A stretch of DNA of 63,900 nucleotides, filler included, from Vicugna vicugna (GCA_013265495.1; 78 parts of 77 records of this genome joined end to end with filler, not necessarily neighbours in it), one strand, 5' to 3'. Positions 50,930 through 63,378 are shown, counted from the first letter of the whole stretch. Notes: generated from the letters alone by a model not told the origin. A program made the numbers and translations.

Positions 50930-51130
50930 GTGAGTCAGACCTCCCAACGCTTGGATCCCACTTCAATCTCTTGTCGCCTGTAGCCTGAAGCAGGACACGT
51001 GCCTGCCCTGATCCTCACACCTCTGGTCTCTAAAGTGAAGTTCCTACCTTCCCATCACTGTGGTGACACTAAAATGACATTGCATATAAAGCACTTACAA
51101 CAGTGGTAGCACGTGGCCCATTGAATATTG
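50930..51130 (+). mobile_element. MIR
   Basis: GAGTCAGACCT...GGATCCCA...GCATATAAAGCACTTACAACAGTG. Confidence 0.6.
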
Positions 51131-51419
51131 TGTTTCTTCTGCGTGATGGAGTGAGTTATCATTTTTTNNNNNNNNNNNNNNNNNNNNNNNNNNNNNNNNN
51201 NNNNNNNNNNNTTAATTAATTAANNNNNNNNNNNNNNNNNNNNNNNNNNNNNNNNNNNNNNNNNNNNAATCTCATAGTATTCCTTTTACTATTTATAGTT
51301 TTCATCCCATCTCTGATACTTATTCTCTAAAAGCCGGTTCTGTCTGATGTGCATTTATCATAAGCAGTATTAATTTTTTTATCATTTTTAGCTACTTAAC
51401 ACCTATTGTGTGTATTTCT

Positions 51420-51795
51420 CCCTTTTTCATATTGAAGTATAGTTGATTTAGATATTATAGAGAGTTCTGGATTTAGAGTGACTTCCAATTTTTAAAGGTT
51501 ATTTTCCATTTATAGTTATTATAACGTATTGGCTGCATTCCCTGTGCTGTACATATACCCTCATAACATCATAACGTATATATATATTGTCATTTGCATC
51601 TCTCAATTTCCTACCCCATCTTGGCCCTTTGCCCTTTCCCTACCCCACTGGTAACCACTAGTTTGTTCTCTGTATCTGTGAGTCTGTTTCTTTTTTGTTA
51701 TAATCACTCACTTGTTTTGTTTCATATTATGGATTCCACAGATAAGTGACAACATACAGTGTTTGTCTTTGTCTGACTTTTTCACTTATCACATT
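51420..51795 (-). mobile_element. L1 3' UTR
   Basis: ATTGAAGTATAGTTGATTTA...CCCACTGGTAACCACTAGTTTGTTCTCTGTATCTGTGAGTCTGTTTC...GATTCCACAGATAAGTGA. Confidence 0.9.
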
Positions 51796-51992
51796 AGTCT
51801 TATTTTCAAGTCCTGAGTCTTTTTAATCACCAAATTTCTTATTTTACTGTGAATATTGATACTTCAGAATACTTTCTAACAGGTTTTTTGTGNNNNNNNN
51901 NNNNNNNNNNNNNNNNNNNNNNNNNNNNNNNNNNNNTTAATTAATTAANNNNNNNNNNNNNNNNNNNNNNNNNNNNNNNNNNNNNNNNNNNN

Positions 51993-52403
51993 TCACACAC
52001 ACTAATCTCTCAGAACTGAGCATGTGGTGAGACGATCGTTCATCTATCACAAAAGGAACGGGTTTCAGGTGAAGCACATACTCTGGTTTCTCTGTGTGTT
52101 TCTTAGTGCCGGTTTCAAGTATGTGTATTTTTCCATGTAAAAACGAGTTTGAGCATGTAACTCCACATGTATATGTATTTAATGGACTTTCCAACTGCAA
52201 AGAATCTTTGTTTTCCCAACAAGCTAGGTGAAGGACGGCTTTCACACACACTTAACTCTCAAAACTGAGCATGTGGTGAGATGATCGTTCATCTAGCACA
52301 AAGGGAACGGGAGGCAAGGGAAGCACTTTCTCTGGTTTCTCTGTGTGTTTCTTAGTGCCGGTTTGAAATACCTGCATTTTTCACTGTAAAACCGAGTTTG
52401 AGC
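51993..52403 (-). repeat. Satellite B, divergent subfamily
   Basis: CTGAGCATGTGGTGAGA at 52016 and 52265 (period 249). Confidence 0.9.
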
Positions 52404-53432
52404 NNNNNNNNNNNNNNNNNNNNNNNNNNNNNNNNNNNNNNNNNNNNTTAATTAATTAANNNNNNNNNNNNNNNNNNNNNNNNNNNNNNNNNNNNNNNNN
52501 NNNTCTAGGAATGACCTTGAATGTGAACATCTAAATGTAACAAAAATACAGCCTTGAAAACAACATTTATAAGTAAACCGTATGTGTCATGGGCTCCACT
52601 AAAAGAAGTTATTGTTACTGGCTGAAATGAAACATAATATGGCTGTAAACAGGGATTAAATGGCATTACCACAGCATTATTCAAATTGCATCCTTTGTGT
52701 GAAAGGCCTCAAGGTACAATCAATATGTTAATAATTAGAACACATAAAACTGTAGCAGACAACAAAGACCATAAAATTGTGCTAAAGTAATGTTTAAATG
52801 TTGACTTATCAGAAAGAGCCCATTATTAAGACAGATTTTTTTTGGTGCTATTTCAGAAGGCCCATAAATTGAGAAAAAACAGTAAGAGATGGAGAACGCC
52901 TTATGTCAGGTACTTTTTGGGAATCCTCTTGGCTCTGGTTCTTTGCAGTAAGAACTTGGAAACTGCAGAAGCATCTGCCTGAACTTCTGTGCGGCCAAGG
53001 CAACACTGGGAAAGGGAAACAGAAGCAGGAAGAGGGGACCAGAAGTAGCCTTAAGTGTTAGGACATCCTTGAAATTCCAAGAATCAAGCTAAGTGTTTCT
53101 GCTGTCACAGTGTCACTGAAGGATGGGGAGACCCAGACCCCCCAAGCAAGTGGGAGAGCCACGGCTTTGCTGGTGAGCTAACACCAGCCACAGCAGGAAG
53201 CGGGAAGCAAGGGCCCACCAAAGCCCCCATAGCACTAGGAAGAAAGAAACCACGCCCACCTCCAAAGAATAAAGAATGCGACACTTCCTGGAAAAGTAAG
53301 AAAACAGGAAAAATACTTTATGATCTCTTGAANNNNNNNNNNNNNNNNNNNNNNNNNNNNNNNNNNNNNNNNNNNNTTAATTAATTAANNNNNNNNNNNN
53401 NNNNNNNNNNNNNNNNNNNNNNNNNNNNNNNN

Positions 53433-54248
53433 ATTCTATTTTCTAAATTCTAAATTCAGTATTCTATAATCTGTATTCTAAATTCTGTGATCTACATTCT
53501 ATATCCTAAATTCTATATTCAGAAGTCTGCTTTCTATATTCTAAATTCTTTGTTCTGCATTCCATGTTCTAAATTCTTGGTTCTATATTCTGTTTTCCAT
53601 ATTCTAAATTCTGTGTTCTACATTCTATTTTCTGAATTCGATATTAAGTATTCTGTATTCTATATTCTATATTCTTTGTTCTACATTCCATGTTCTAAAT
53701 TCTTTGTTCTATATTCTCAGTTCTCTATTTTGTGCTCATTATTCTACATTATATATTCTATATTATGCATTCCGTATTCTATATTCTATATACTGTTTTC
53801 TACATTCTATATTCTAAATTCTATATTCAGTATTCTGTATTGTATATTCTAAATTGTGTGTTCTAAATTCTAAATTCTAAATTCTATATTCAGTAGTCTG
53901 TATTCTATATTCTAAATTCTGTGTTCTGCATTCCATGTTCTAAATGCTTGGTTCTATATTCTGTTTTCCATATTCTAATTTCTGTGTTCTTCATTGTATA
54001 TTCATATTCTATATTGAGTATTCGGTGTTCTATATTTTAAATTCTGTGTACTGATTCCATGTTCTAAATTTTGTGTTCTAACTATATTCTGTATATTCTT
54101 TATTCTGTGTTCTACGTTCTATATTCTAAATTCTATATTCAGTATTCTGTATTCTATAAACTAATTTCTGTGTTCTGCATTCCATGTTCTAAATGCCGTG
54201 TTATATATTCTGCTTTCCATATTCTAAATTCTGTGTTCTACATTGTAT
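53433..54248 (+). repeat. Heptamer satellite
   Basis: 7-nt periodicity; TCCATGTTCTAAAT at 53561, 53687, 53932, 54056 and 54181. Confidence 0.95.
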
Positions 54249-54348
54249 NNNNNNNNNNNNNNNNNNNNNNNNNNNNNNNNNNNNNNNNNNNNTTAATTAA
54301 TTAANNNNNNNNNNNNNNNNNNNNNNNNNNNNNNNNNNNNNNNNNNNN

Positions 54349-55152
54349 AATATAGAATGAAGAATATAGAATGCAGAATATAGAATACATAATATAGGAT
54401 GTAGAACACAGAGTATCTAATATGGATAACAGAATACAGAACCCAGAATATAAACAAGGAATGCAGAACACAGAATTTAGAAAATAGAATACAGAATACT
54501 GAATAAAGAATTTAGAAAACATAATGCAGAACACAGACAGAATTTAGAATACAGAATACAGACTAATGAATATAGAATTTAGAACATGGAATGCAGAACA
54601 TAGAATTTAGTATATAGAATATAGAATACTGAATATAGAATTTAGAATTTAGAATTTTGAACACAGAATTTAGAATATAGTCTACGGAATGCAAAATATA
54701 GTATGTAGAATATACAATGAAGAACAGACAATATAGAATATAGAATAGACTATATAGAACCCAGAATTTTGAACATGGAATGCAGAACAGAGAATTTAGA
54801 AAATAGAATACAGAATATTGAATATAGAATTTAGTGTATAGAATGTAGAACACCGTATATACAATATAGAATAGAGGATATGGAACACAGAATTTAGAAC
54901 ATAGAGTGCAGAACACAGAATTTAGAATATAGAATACAGAATACAGTATATAGAATTTAGAATACAGAATGTAGAACACATAATATTGAATATAGAATAC
55001 GGAATGCAGAACATATTATGTAGAATATAGAATGAAAAAAAAAACACACAAATAGAGTCGAAAATATATAACCCATAATTTGGAACATAGAATGCAGAAA
55101 ACAGAAATTAGATTATAAAATACAGAATACTGAATATTGAATTTAGAGTATA
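54349..55152 (-). repeat. Heptamer satellite
   Basis: AGAAT/AGAAC every 7 nt. Confidence 0.95.
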
Positions 55153-55252
55153 NNNNNNNNNNNNNNNNNNNNNNNNNNNNNNNNNNNNNNNNNNNNTTAA
55201 TTAATTAANNNNNNNNNNNNNNNNNNNNNNNNNNNNNNNNNNNNNNNNNNNN

Positions 55253-55693
55253 CTTTCATTCACCAAACAAGGCATATATACACTTAGAAATATTTACCCT
55301 GTCTTCATAGGTTTTTTCTGTCATCAGGTACTAAAATCGGACATTTGTCACTAGAAAAGCCTCTTTGATCGAATTCTCACCAATACACATGTAATTTACA
55401 TTGTTCACATTACCATGGCATTCCATATTCTGAAAATGTTTCATCCAACACCGATTCCTCAAACATGCATTTCTGAGTTGTGAATATGCTCATGACTGAT
55501 GTTTCAATCATTACAATTTACCAATGCACTTAAATATATATACTTTGTCTTCGTAGCTTCTTCATATCACCAGGTTCAAGAATCACAATTTGATCCCAGA
55601 AAAACCCTCTTGGAGTGCATTCTAACTTAGAGATATGTAATTTGATGCATTCTAACTTAGAGATATGTAATTTGAATAGATTCTATCTACATG
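55253..55693 (-). repeat. Satellite A
   Basis: Monomer order 2, 3, 1 on the minus strand. Confidence 0.93.
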
Positions 55694-55793
55694 NNNNNNN
55701 NNNNNNNNNNNNNNNNNNNNNNNNNNNNNNNNNNNNNTTAATTAATTAANNNNNNNNNNNNNNNNNNNNNNNNNNNNNNNNNNNNNNNNNNNN

Positions 55794-56738
55794 TGTGACT
55801 GAAGAGAGCTGCGTGGATTTGTCTCTCGAGTTCCCCACTCACTGACAATATTTCCGGAATACTCAGCATGGGGAGGTTCCACCAACGGTCGGCAGCGCTT
55901 GGGTTCTAACGGAATGCCTAAGCTCGCCCCCCGGAAGGCTTTCCTATATTCTCTGTGCCAGAGAATGCTAGGGGTGATTGCAGGATATTCCAGTGACAGA
56001 GGCTGCCTCCCCAAGATCAGGGAAGGTATTTCCCGGACTTCCCCGTACAGGGAGCACCTGTGACTGAAGAGAGCTGCGTGGAGTTNNNNNNNNNNNNNNN
56101 NNNNNNNNNNNNGGGGAGGTTCCACCAACGGTCGGCAGCGCGTGGGTTATAACGGAATGCCTAAGCTCGTTTCCCCTGAGGTTTTTCCTAATGTCTCTGA
56201 GCCGGGGAATCCTAGGGGTGATTGCAGGATATCCCAGTGACCGAGGCTGCCTCCCCAAGGTCAGGGAAGTTATTTCTTGTACTTCCCCGAACAGGGAACT
56301 CCTGTGAATGAAGAGAGCTGCATGGAGTTGTATCTCGAGTTCCCCCACGCACTGACAATGGTTCCGGAATCCTCAGCGTGGGGAGGTTCCACCAACGGTC
56401 GGCAGTGCGTGGCTTCTATTGGAATGCCTAAGCTCGTCTCCCCTGAGGGTTTTCCTAATGTCTCTGTGCCAGGGAATGCTAGGGGGGTTTGCAGGATATC
56501 CCAGTGACAGAGGCTGATTCCCCATGGTACGTAAGGTATTTCCCAGACTTCCCCGTACAGGGAACACCTGTGAATGAAGAGAGCTGCGTGGAGTTGTCTC
56601 TCGAGCTCCCCCACACACTGACAATAGTTCAGAAATCCTGAGGGTTGGGAGATTCCACCAAAGGTCGGCAGCGCGTGGTTTCTATCGGAATAACTAAGGT
56701 CGTCTCCCCTGAGGGTTTTCCTAATTTCTCATTGATAG
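55794..56738 (-). repeat. Satellite C, ~3.5 monomers
   Basis: GGGAGGTTCCACCAACGGTCGGCAG recurs. Confidence 0.95.
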
Positions 56739-56838
56739 NNNNNNNNNNNNNNNNNNNNNNNNNNNNNNNNNNNNNNNNNNNNTTAATTAATTAANNNNNN
56801 NNNNNNNNNNNNNNNNNNNNNNNNNNNNNNNNNNNNNN

Positions 56839-57319
56839 AGCTTTTTCCTATCACCAGTTTCAAAAATCACACTTTGATCCCAGGAAAATCCTATTGGAGT
56901 GAATTCTACCCTAGAGATATGTAATCTGAATAGATTCCATCTACATGATATTCCGTGTTCATTACATGTTACATACATGACTGATTAGACAAACATGCAT
57001 TCCTGAGTTGAGAGCATGTGGATTACTGATCTTTCATTCTCAATAAATGGAATGTTTTCATCTAGACACGTGTACTCATTTTCACAAGCTTTCCCTAACA
57101 CCAGTTTCGAATTCTTGCTTTTTTCACAGAAAAATTCTTCTAGAGCGATTTCCACCTAACAGATATGTAATTTACATGAATTCCGTCAACATGGCATTCC
57201 GGGTTCCGTACATGCTATATGCATGACGGATTCAGCAAACATGCGTTTCTGACTTGTGAGCATGAAAAAAAATACCACCAACAAGGCATATAAACACTTA
57301 GGAATATTTACTCTGACAT
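56839..57319 (-). repeat. Satellite A
   Basis: Monomer order 3, 1, 2 on the minus strand. Confidence 0.93.
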
Positions 57320-57419
57320 NNNNNNNNNNNNNNNNNNNNNNNNNNNNNNNNNNNNNNNNNNNNTTAATTAATTAANNNNNNNNNNNNNNNNNNNNNNNNN
57401 NNNNNNNNNNNNNNNNNNN

Positions 57420-58248
57420 TTAGAACACTCCCTCACACTGTACAAAAATAAACTCAAAATGTTTAAATTTCTGAATATAATATATGACACAATAATAATC
57501 CTGGAAACTAACATAAGGAAAACAAGACATAAATTGTAGCAAAATTTTCTTATTTCACACTCCCAAGCTGAAAACAATAAAAACAAAATAAACAAAAAGG
57601 TCCTAATTAAATTGAAAATCTTCTACACAGCAAAATAAACAAAATGAAAGATGAACTTCCAAATGGGAGAAAACATTAGTATACAATGCAATCAACAAGA
57701 GGCTAATTTCTAAAATACACACATTGTTCATACAACTCCATTTCAAAAATCTACAAACAACTCAGCCAGAAAATGAGCAGTAAACAATTCTCTAAAGCAG
57801 ACACACAGATGACAAACAGGAAAAAGAAAACATGCTCACCTTGCTAATCATTATACAAATGCAAGACAAAAATAAAATAATGTTTTACCTCACACTATTC
57901 AGAAAGTCTGTCATTCAAATGTCTACAAATAGTAAAGAATGGGGTGGTTGGGGAGAAAATGGAACTCTCCAACGCTGTTGGTGGGAATGAAAATTGGCGA
58001 AACCACTTTGGAACCAGTATGGAAGTTCCTTTAAATAATAAAATTAGACCTTTCATATGACACAACAATCCCACTCGTGGGCATATAAAACATAAATCCT
58101 GAAAACAAAGAATCCTAGAGTAAAAAATAAGAAGTACAGTCTGACATTGGACTTAATATGATTCTACATATGTCTCCTCTGGCAAGGGAAGCAAGTTAAT
58201 ATAATTCTACATATGTCTCCTCTGGCAAGGGAAGCAGAAGCAAAACTA
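57420..58248 (+). mobile_element. Degraded L1 ORF2 3' region; a second L1 fragment starts ~58085
   Basis: AAAAATAAACTCAAAATG, CTTCTACACAGCAAA, GCTGTTGGTGGGAATG, CAACAATCCCACTC. Confidence 0.88.
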
Positions 58249-58348
58249 NNNNNNNNNNNNNNNNNNNNNNNNNNNNNNNNNNNNNNNNNNNNTTAATTAA
58301 TTAANNNNNNNNNNNNNNNNNNNNNNNNNNNNNNNNNNNNNNNNNNNN

Positions 58349-58835
58349 CAGATCTTTGAAAATTCTGCCGCAATTTATTAAACCCATAAAGTTAAGCTGT
58401 CTAACTAAACTTTTCATACTTGCAGTTTCAAATCCTCTGAAAGGGGCCTTTCTTTCCAAAACTTCCTTCTTAAAGACATCTTCATCAATCACTATGGAAG
58501 TTCCATTATCATCCCACCAGACCGATTTAAATTGGTCACTCCCAGCCATTTTCCAGAGTTTTCTTGGAAATGTCAGAGAACGAAAATCATTATCTTCATC
58601 TGATTCAGAGACAGAATTTGTGTAAAATGGCCTTTTTATCAAGAATTCTTTAGACAAAGGCTGAAAAGCATTTTCTTATAGACAAAGGCTGAAAAGCATT
58701 TTCTTCAATCATAGATCTCAAGTCCAAGTCTCCAGAGATTGTTTGATCACACAATAGAGATCAACCAGAATTTCCTGAACCACTTGGTCCGTCTTTACAA
58801 GACACATCTTTAATTTCTGAAGAAATATGTGTCAT
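58349..58835 (-). pseudogene. HSFY: HSFY (heat shock transcription factor, Y-linked family) 5' coding region, disrupted
   Basis: From ATG 58835: MTHISSEIKDVS...DLDLRSMIEENAFQPLS...DFRSLTFPRKLWKM...DQFKSVWWDDNGTSIVIDEDVFKKEVLERKAPFR...KSLVRQLN/YGFNKLRQNFQRS. This is colinear with human HSFY1 as I recall it (MAHVSSETQDVS...DLRSMIEEHAFQ...FPRKLWK...RQLNLYGF). Lesions: TGA at 58763-58761, a 28-bp insertion at 58651-58705, and a 1-bp deletion at ~58390. Confidence 0.93.
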
Positions 58836-58936
58836 TNNNNNNNNNNNNNNNNNNNNNNNNNNNNNNNNNNNNNNNNNNNNTTAATTAATTAANNNNNNNN
58901 NNNNNNNNNNNNNNNNNNNNNNNNNNNNNNNNNNNN

Positions 58937-59290
58937 GGGGCGCGGGGAGGCGCGGGGTGGGCGGGCGCGGTCCGGGACGGAGGGGGAGAGGGCTGTCCCT
59001 GAGGGCCCAACCGTTAAAGGCCGTCCCTCAGGCTCCTGCAACCCCCACCCTTCCCCGCTATACTCGCACCCAGGGAAGGGGAGGGGGTCGTCGCCCCTCG
59101 TGGTAGCCGGGAGCCCAGAACCCACCTGTGCCCCGCGCCCAGCCTCCAACTTCTGCGCAGGCGGGAGGCAGCGGCCTGATGTGAGGCTGGGACCCGGGGA
59201 CCATGTGCGGCCGCCCAGCAACCGGGGGTCCGGCATGGACATTTGGACTTTGGATCCCCTTAGCTCGCCGCCAGGCAGATCCCCAGATTG
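58937..59290. promoter_or_regulatory. CpG-island fragment
   Basis: Very GC/CpG-rich with GGGCGG boxes, decaying towards 59750. Confidence 0.65.
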
Positions 59291-59850
59291 AGGGTTTAAT
59301 TGCAAACCAGGAACTCGCGAAGGCATGATTTCCCACTCTGTGCGTTCCTGAGGTGGGAAGAGGGTGCCTGCATTCCCCCGAGTTCTGGAGGCCCCGCCAC
59401 AGCTCCACGTGGGAGGGAAGCTGTGCTTTTGGTGACAGGACCCACTGGCCCTGGACCCAAGGCTGTCCTCTGGCACCTGCTCCCCTCTGCTCTCTTGGAG
59501 CCTGGTCATCTGCAAAGTGTAAGATGGGAAAGGTCACCACCTTGAATTTACGGCCCCTCCTAGCATGGCTCTCAGGTGGGGCTTCAGTGTGTGCTCCCTG
59601 CCAACCCCAGAGGCCCTGTCCTGGGACTTGTCCTAGGAGAAGGACTTCCTGCCACTCACACCTGCACGGGGAGTGAACGCCTTGCTCTCAGGGCCTAGAT
59701 ACCCAGGATGAAGGAGGGTCCCCGTGGGCCAAGCCGACAGCCAGTCTCGCNNNNNNNNNNNNNNNNNNNNNNNNNNNNNNNNNNNNNNNNNNNNTTAATT
59801 AATTAANNNNNNNNNNNNNNNNNNNNNNNNNNNNNNNNNNNNNNNNNNNN

Positions 59851-60394
59851 TATAGAATTACTTAGGTTATGAACTAGTTGTAACCAATGAAGGGGTTATG
59901 CTTCATTTCAAGGGAGAACCTATCACTGATTCAGGGGTCAGCAGGTGCTAGCTGTCGTCTTCATTCTGATTAGGACCAGTGAAGCTGCTTACATGCCCTG
60001 AGGGAAATAGTGGAAGTGACAGCAGGTCTCTGCTGATGAAAGCTTCACATGCTTCTCATACTCCTTGAGATCTTAAAATGGCAGGTACTCCTACTCCCTG
60101 CATTTGCACAAGATTCATGTCCCTGATCCGTTGTAGTTCTGACTGTGTGGACCCAAGGGCAACGGGGGTGTCGGAAGCATAATTTTCACGTGGCTGATAG
60201 GGTTTCAGTTCCTCACTAGGCAGGTTATTTTCTGGCCACTGAAGAATGCACATTAAAGATCCCATTTTTAAACTGTTTTCCTTCCATCTACCTTCTTGGT
60301 CATAGTCCAGAAGCATGTACTCAGTGTCCCTGGCTGCTCCTGATGGCTGCCCCAGAGAACTGGCTGCTCCTGATGGCTGCCCCAGAGAGAAAGC
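59851..60394 (-). pseudogene. Possible degraded large exon of an unidentified gene (duplicated at 28566-28775)
   Basis: TTCTTTGTAG acceptor-like site near 60394, more than 100 open codons, then scattered in-frame stops. No protein family recognised. Confidence 0.3.
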
Positions 60395-60509
60395 TACAAA
60401 GAATGTGAATTTCAAGACTAAGTGAACCACATCATGTTACTTACAGTAATAGCAGGAAGCTGGCTTGCACCTGCAGGGGAGAGCAGAGGGAGTGTTTACA
60501 AGCCTCTCC

Positions 60510-60591
60510 TGGAGCCAAACTCCTGATCTGGGTCCCAGCTCTGATACTAGCCGTGGGGCCTTGTGCAAATTTCTTAACCTCTAGGGGCTTC
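60510..60591 (+). mobile_element. MIR 5' fragment
   Basis: GGAGCCAAAC...TCCCAGCTCTG...CCTTGTGCAAATTTCTTAACCTCT. Confidence 0.65.
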
Positions 60592-60691
60592 NNNNNNNNN
60601 NNNNNNNNNNNNNNNNNNNNNNNNNNNNNNNNNNNTTAATTAATTAANNNNNNNNNNNNNNNNNNNNNNNNNNNNNNNNNNNNNNNNNNNN

Positions 60692-60919
60692 ACATAGACC
60701 ATATCCTGAATGGCAAAATGCTGAAATCTAGGGTAGTCTATGCCATATGACCACCAATTCTAATAACGGCAGAGCTAGAGAATTCCACAGACCGGCCAAT
60801 CTTAAAAGAATTCAGCAGTTTGAAACTTATCCTACAAGAAAGGTTGAGAATTCTCCCCTGAATAGAAAAGCAGCAAGATGAAATGGAAAGAAGAAAACCA
60901 TTATTGGAAATGCAAGAAG
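60692..60919 (+). mobile_element. Old L1 fragments
   Basis: Weak colinear similarity to L1 ORF2 (CATATCCTGAATGGCAAAATGCTGAAA) followed by an ORF1-end-like segment. Confidence 0.4.
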
Positions 60920-61307
60920 NNNNNNNNNNNNNNNNNNNNNNNNNNNNNNNNNNNNNNNNNNNNNNNNNNNNNNNNNNNNNNNNNNNNNNNNNNNNNNNNN
61001 NNNNNNNNNNNNNNNNNNNNNNNNNNNNNNNNNNNNNNNNNNNNNNNNNNNNNNNNNNNNNNNNNNNNNNNNNNNNNNNNNNNNNNNNNNNNNNNNNNNN
61101 NNNNNNNNNNNNNNNNNNNNNNNNNNNNNNNNNNNNNNNNNNNNNNNNNNNNNNNNNNNNNNNNNNNNNNNNNNNNNNNNNNNNNNNNNNNNNNNNNNNN
61201 NNNNNNNNNNNNNNNNNNNNNNNNNNNNNNNNNNNNNNNNNNNNNNNNNNNNNNNNNNNNNNNNNNNNNNNNNNNNNNNNNNNNNNNNNNNNNNNNNNNN
61301 NNNNNNT

Positions 61308-61838
61308 GCATTTATACAATATAGATCCATAAGAGCATATCGTGAACTAACCCAAATGCCGATTGGTCAAAGGGATTCCTAGGCCGTGATATAGAATTGC
61401 AAGCCTACCAACAGGACGAATGCATGCCATATACTACCTTACGTAGAGAAGAAATGGCATAAGCCTATAACAAAGACAAGTAGCTCTGCAAAAGTGTACT
61501 AAGAGCAAAAGAGACAGACAGTAAAGTGCACACTGGGGTTGGCTTCATTACTAGGAATTTCAGCCCCCATGAAATCAATGGATCCATAACCTGAGAGTGC
61601 GGGTGTTTCAGCAGAAATCAACCGACGGGTATGTATTCCGGGTGTACGGATATTACAGGAACATAAGTTTCCTTAAGTGGGTCTCTGTGTTCTGTGAAAC
61701 GTTAGAAATTTTAAAGACGTGTGAAACCATCAACTGAAAATGGACACTCTTCCTTCCGTTGGTACTGTGCATAGAGACCTGAACAAAAGGAATGAGGGCA
61801 GAACAAAGGCCCATGGGACGCTAGTGGGTAGAATCACA
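61308..61838 (-). repeat. Low-copy duplicated sequence, paralogue of 3487-4021
   Basis: See 3487; this copy spans the sequence that is N in the other copy. Confidence 0.9.
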
Positions 61839-61938
61839 NNNNNNNNNNNNNNNNNNNNNNNNNNNNNNNNNNNNNNNNNNNNTTAATTAATTAANNNNNN
61901 NNNNNNNNNNNNNNNNNNNNNNNNNNNNNNNNNNNNNN

Positions 61939-62215
61939 AAGTTACAAAGTTTCAGTTATAAGATAAGTAAGTTCTGGAGATGTGATATAAATATAGTGAC
62001 TGCATTTAATAACCATGCCCATTTGAAAGTTGCTAAGGGAATAAATCATAAAGTTCTGATTACAAGAAAAATTTCTGTAACCATGTAAAGTGATGGATGT
62101 CAACTTATTGTGGTAATCATTTTGCAATCCATACATATGTTACATCATTATGTTGTACACCTTAAACTAATACAATGTTAAAGGTCAATTATGTCTCAAT
62201 AAAACTAGAAAAATA
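61939..62215 (+). mobile_element. L1 3' terminus (L1M-type)
   Basis: TTTCAGTTATAAGATAAGTAAGTTCTGGAGAT...TTATTGTGGTAATCATTTTGCAAT...TCTCAATAAAACT. Confidence 0.9.
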
Positions 62216-62503
62216 ATGCACAATAAAAATGGAAAGATTGATACACAGACAGGGGTTATGGAATTTCCCCCCATGTCTCCCCACATCTGGGAGGCAGAAA
62301 CAGTAATATTTTCTAATCATTATCTAGTGTTCTTTAAATGAAAAAGAACATAACATGTAACACGGTAAATGCAAGTATATTTACCAATTCTAATTTGGGG
62401 GTANNNNNNNNNNNNNNNNNNNNNNNNNNNNNNNNNNNNNNNNNNNNTTAATTAATTAANNNNNNNNNNNNNNNNNNNNNNNNNNNNNNNNNNNNNNNNN
62501 NNN

Positions 62504-63378
62504 GGTATATAGCCAAAGAAAATGGAAACATGAATGTGAAAAGAGGCATGCAGCCAAATGCTCATAACAGTATCATCTATAATAGCCAAGATATGGAAGG
62601 AACCTAAGTGTCCATCAACAGATGAATGGATAAGGAAGATGTGGAATACAATGGAATGCTATTCAGCCATGAAAAAAGAATGAAATCTTGCCAGTCATAA
62701 CAAAGTGGATGGACCTAGAGGTTATTATGCTTAGTGAAATAAGTCAGACAGAGAACAACAAATACTCTGTGTTATCAATTACATGTGGGAGCTAAGAAAT
62801 AAAAGAAAGAAATGTATATAACAGAACTGAAACAGAGTCACAGATATAGAAAAAAACTAGCAGTTACTAGTTGGGAGAGGGGAGGTGGGATGGGCCAGGT
62901 AGAGGTAAGAGATTAAAAGACACAGACTAATATATATAAAATAAATAAGGAACAAGGATATATAACTATTATTTTGTCATAACTTTAAATGGAGTATGAT
63001 CTATAAAAATATTAAACAATCTGTTGTGCACCTGAAACTAATATAATACTATAGCTCAACTGTATTTCAACTGAAAAAAAAAGAAAATATAGTAAAGGAT
63101 GGAATATTATTTATTCAACCATAAAAAGAAAGAAAGCTTGGATAAACTTGCTGATTTTATGCTAAGTGAAATAAAGTCAGACCCAGAAAGAAAAATACTA
63201 TGTGATCTCACTTATATGTGGAATCCAAAAAAGTCAAAGTCATACAACCAAAGTTGAGACACTAGGCAAGATGTAGGTCAAGGGTACAACCTTTCAGTTC
63301 TAATATGAATCAGTTCTGAAGATCCAAGAACAGCATGGTGATTTTAGTTGATGATGCTGGATAATGAAATCTGATCTG
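62504..63378 (+). mobile_element. L1 3' end (to ~63085) followed by a second, older L1 3' fragment
   Basis: AATAGCCAAGATATGGAAGGAACCTAAGTGTCCATCAACAGATGAATGGATAA...CACCTGAAACTAATATAATA + A tail; then ATGGAATATTATT...ATGCTAAGTGAAATAA again. Confidence 0.9.

Noticed and set aside
53487..54979. Hydrophobic F/Y/I/L/S-rich ORFs as membrane proteins
   Set aside because: Translations of the heptamer satellite.
58889..59676. Long overlapping ORFs in the GC-rich scaffold
   Set aside because: Expected from stop-poor GC-rich DNA; no recognisable domain.
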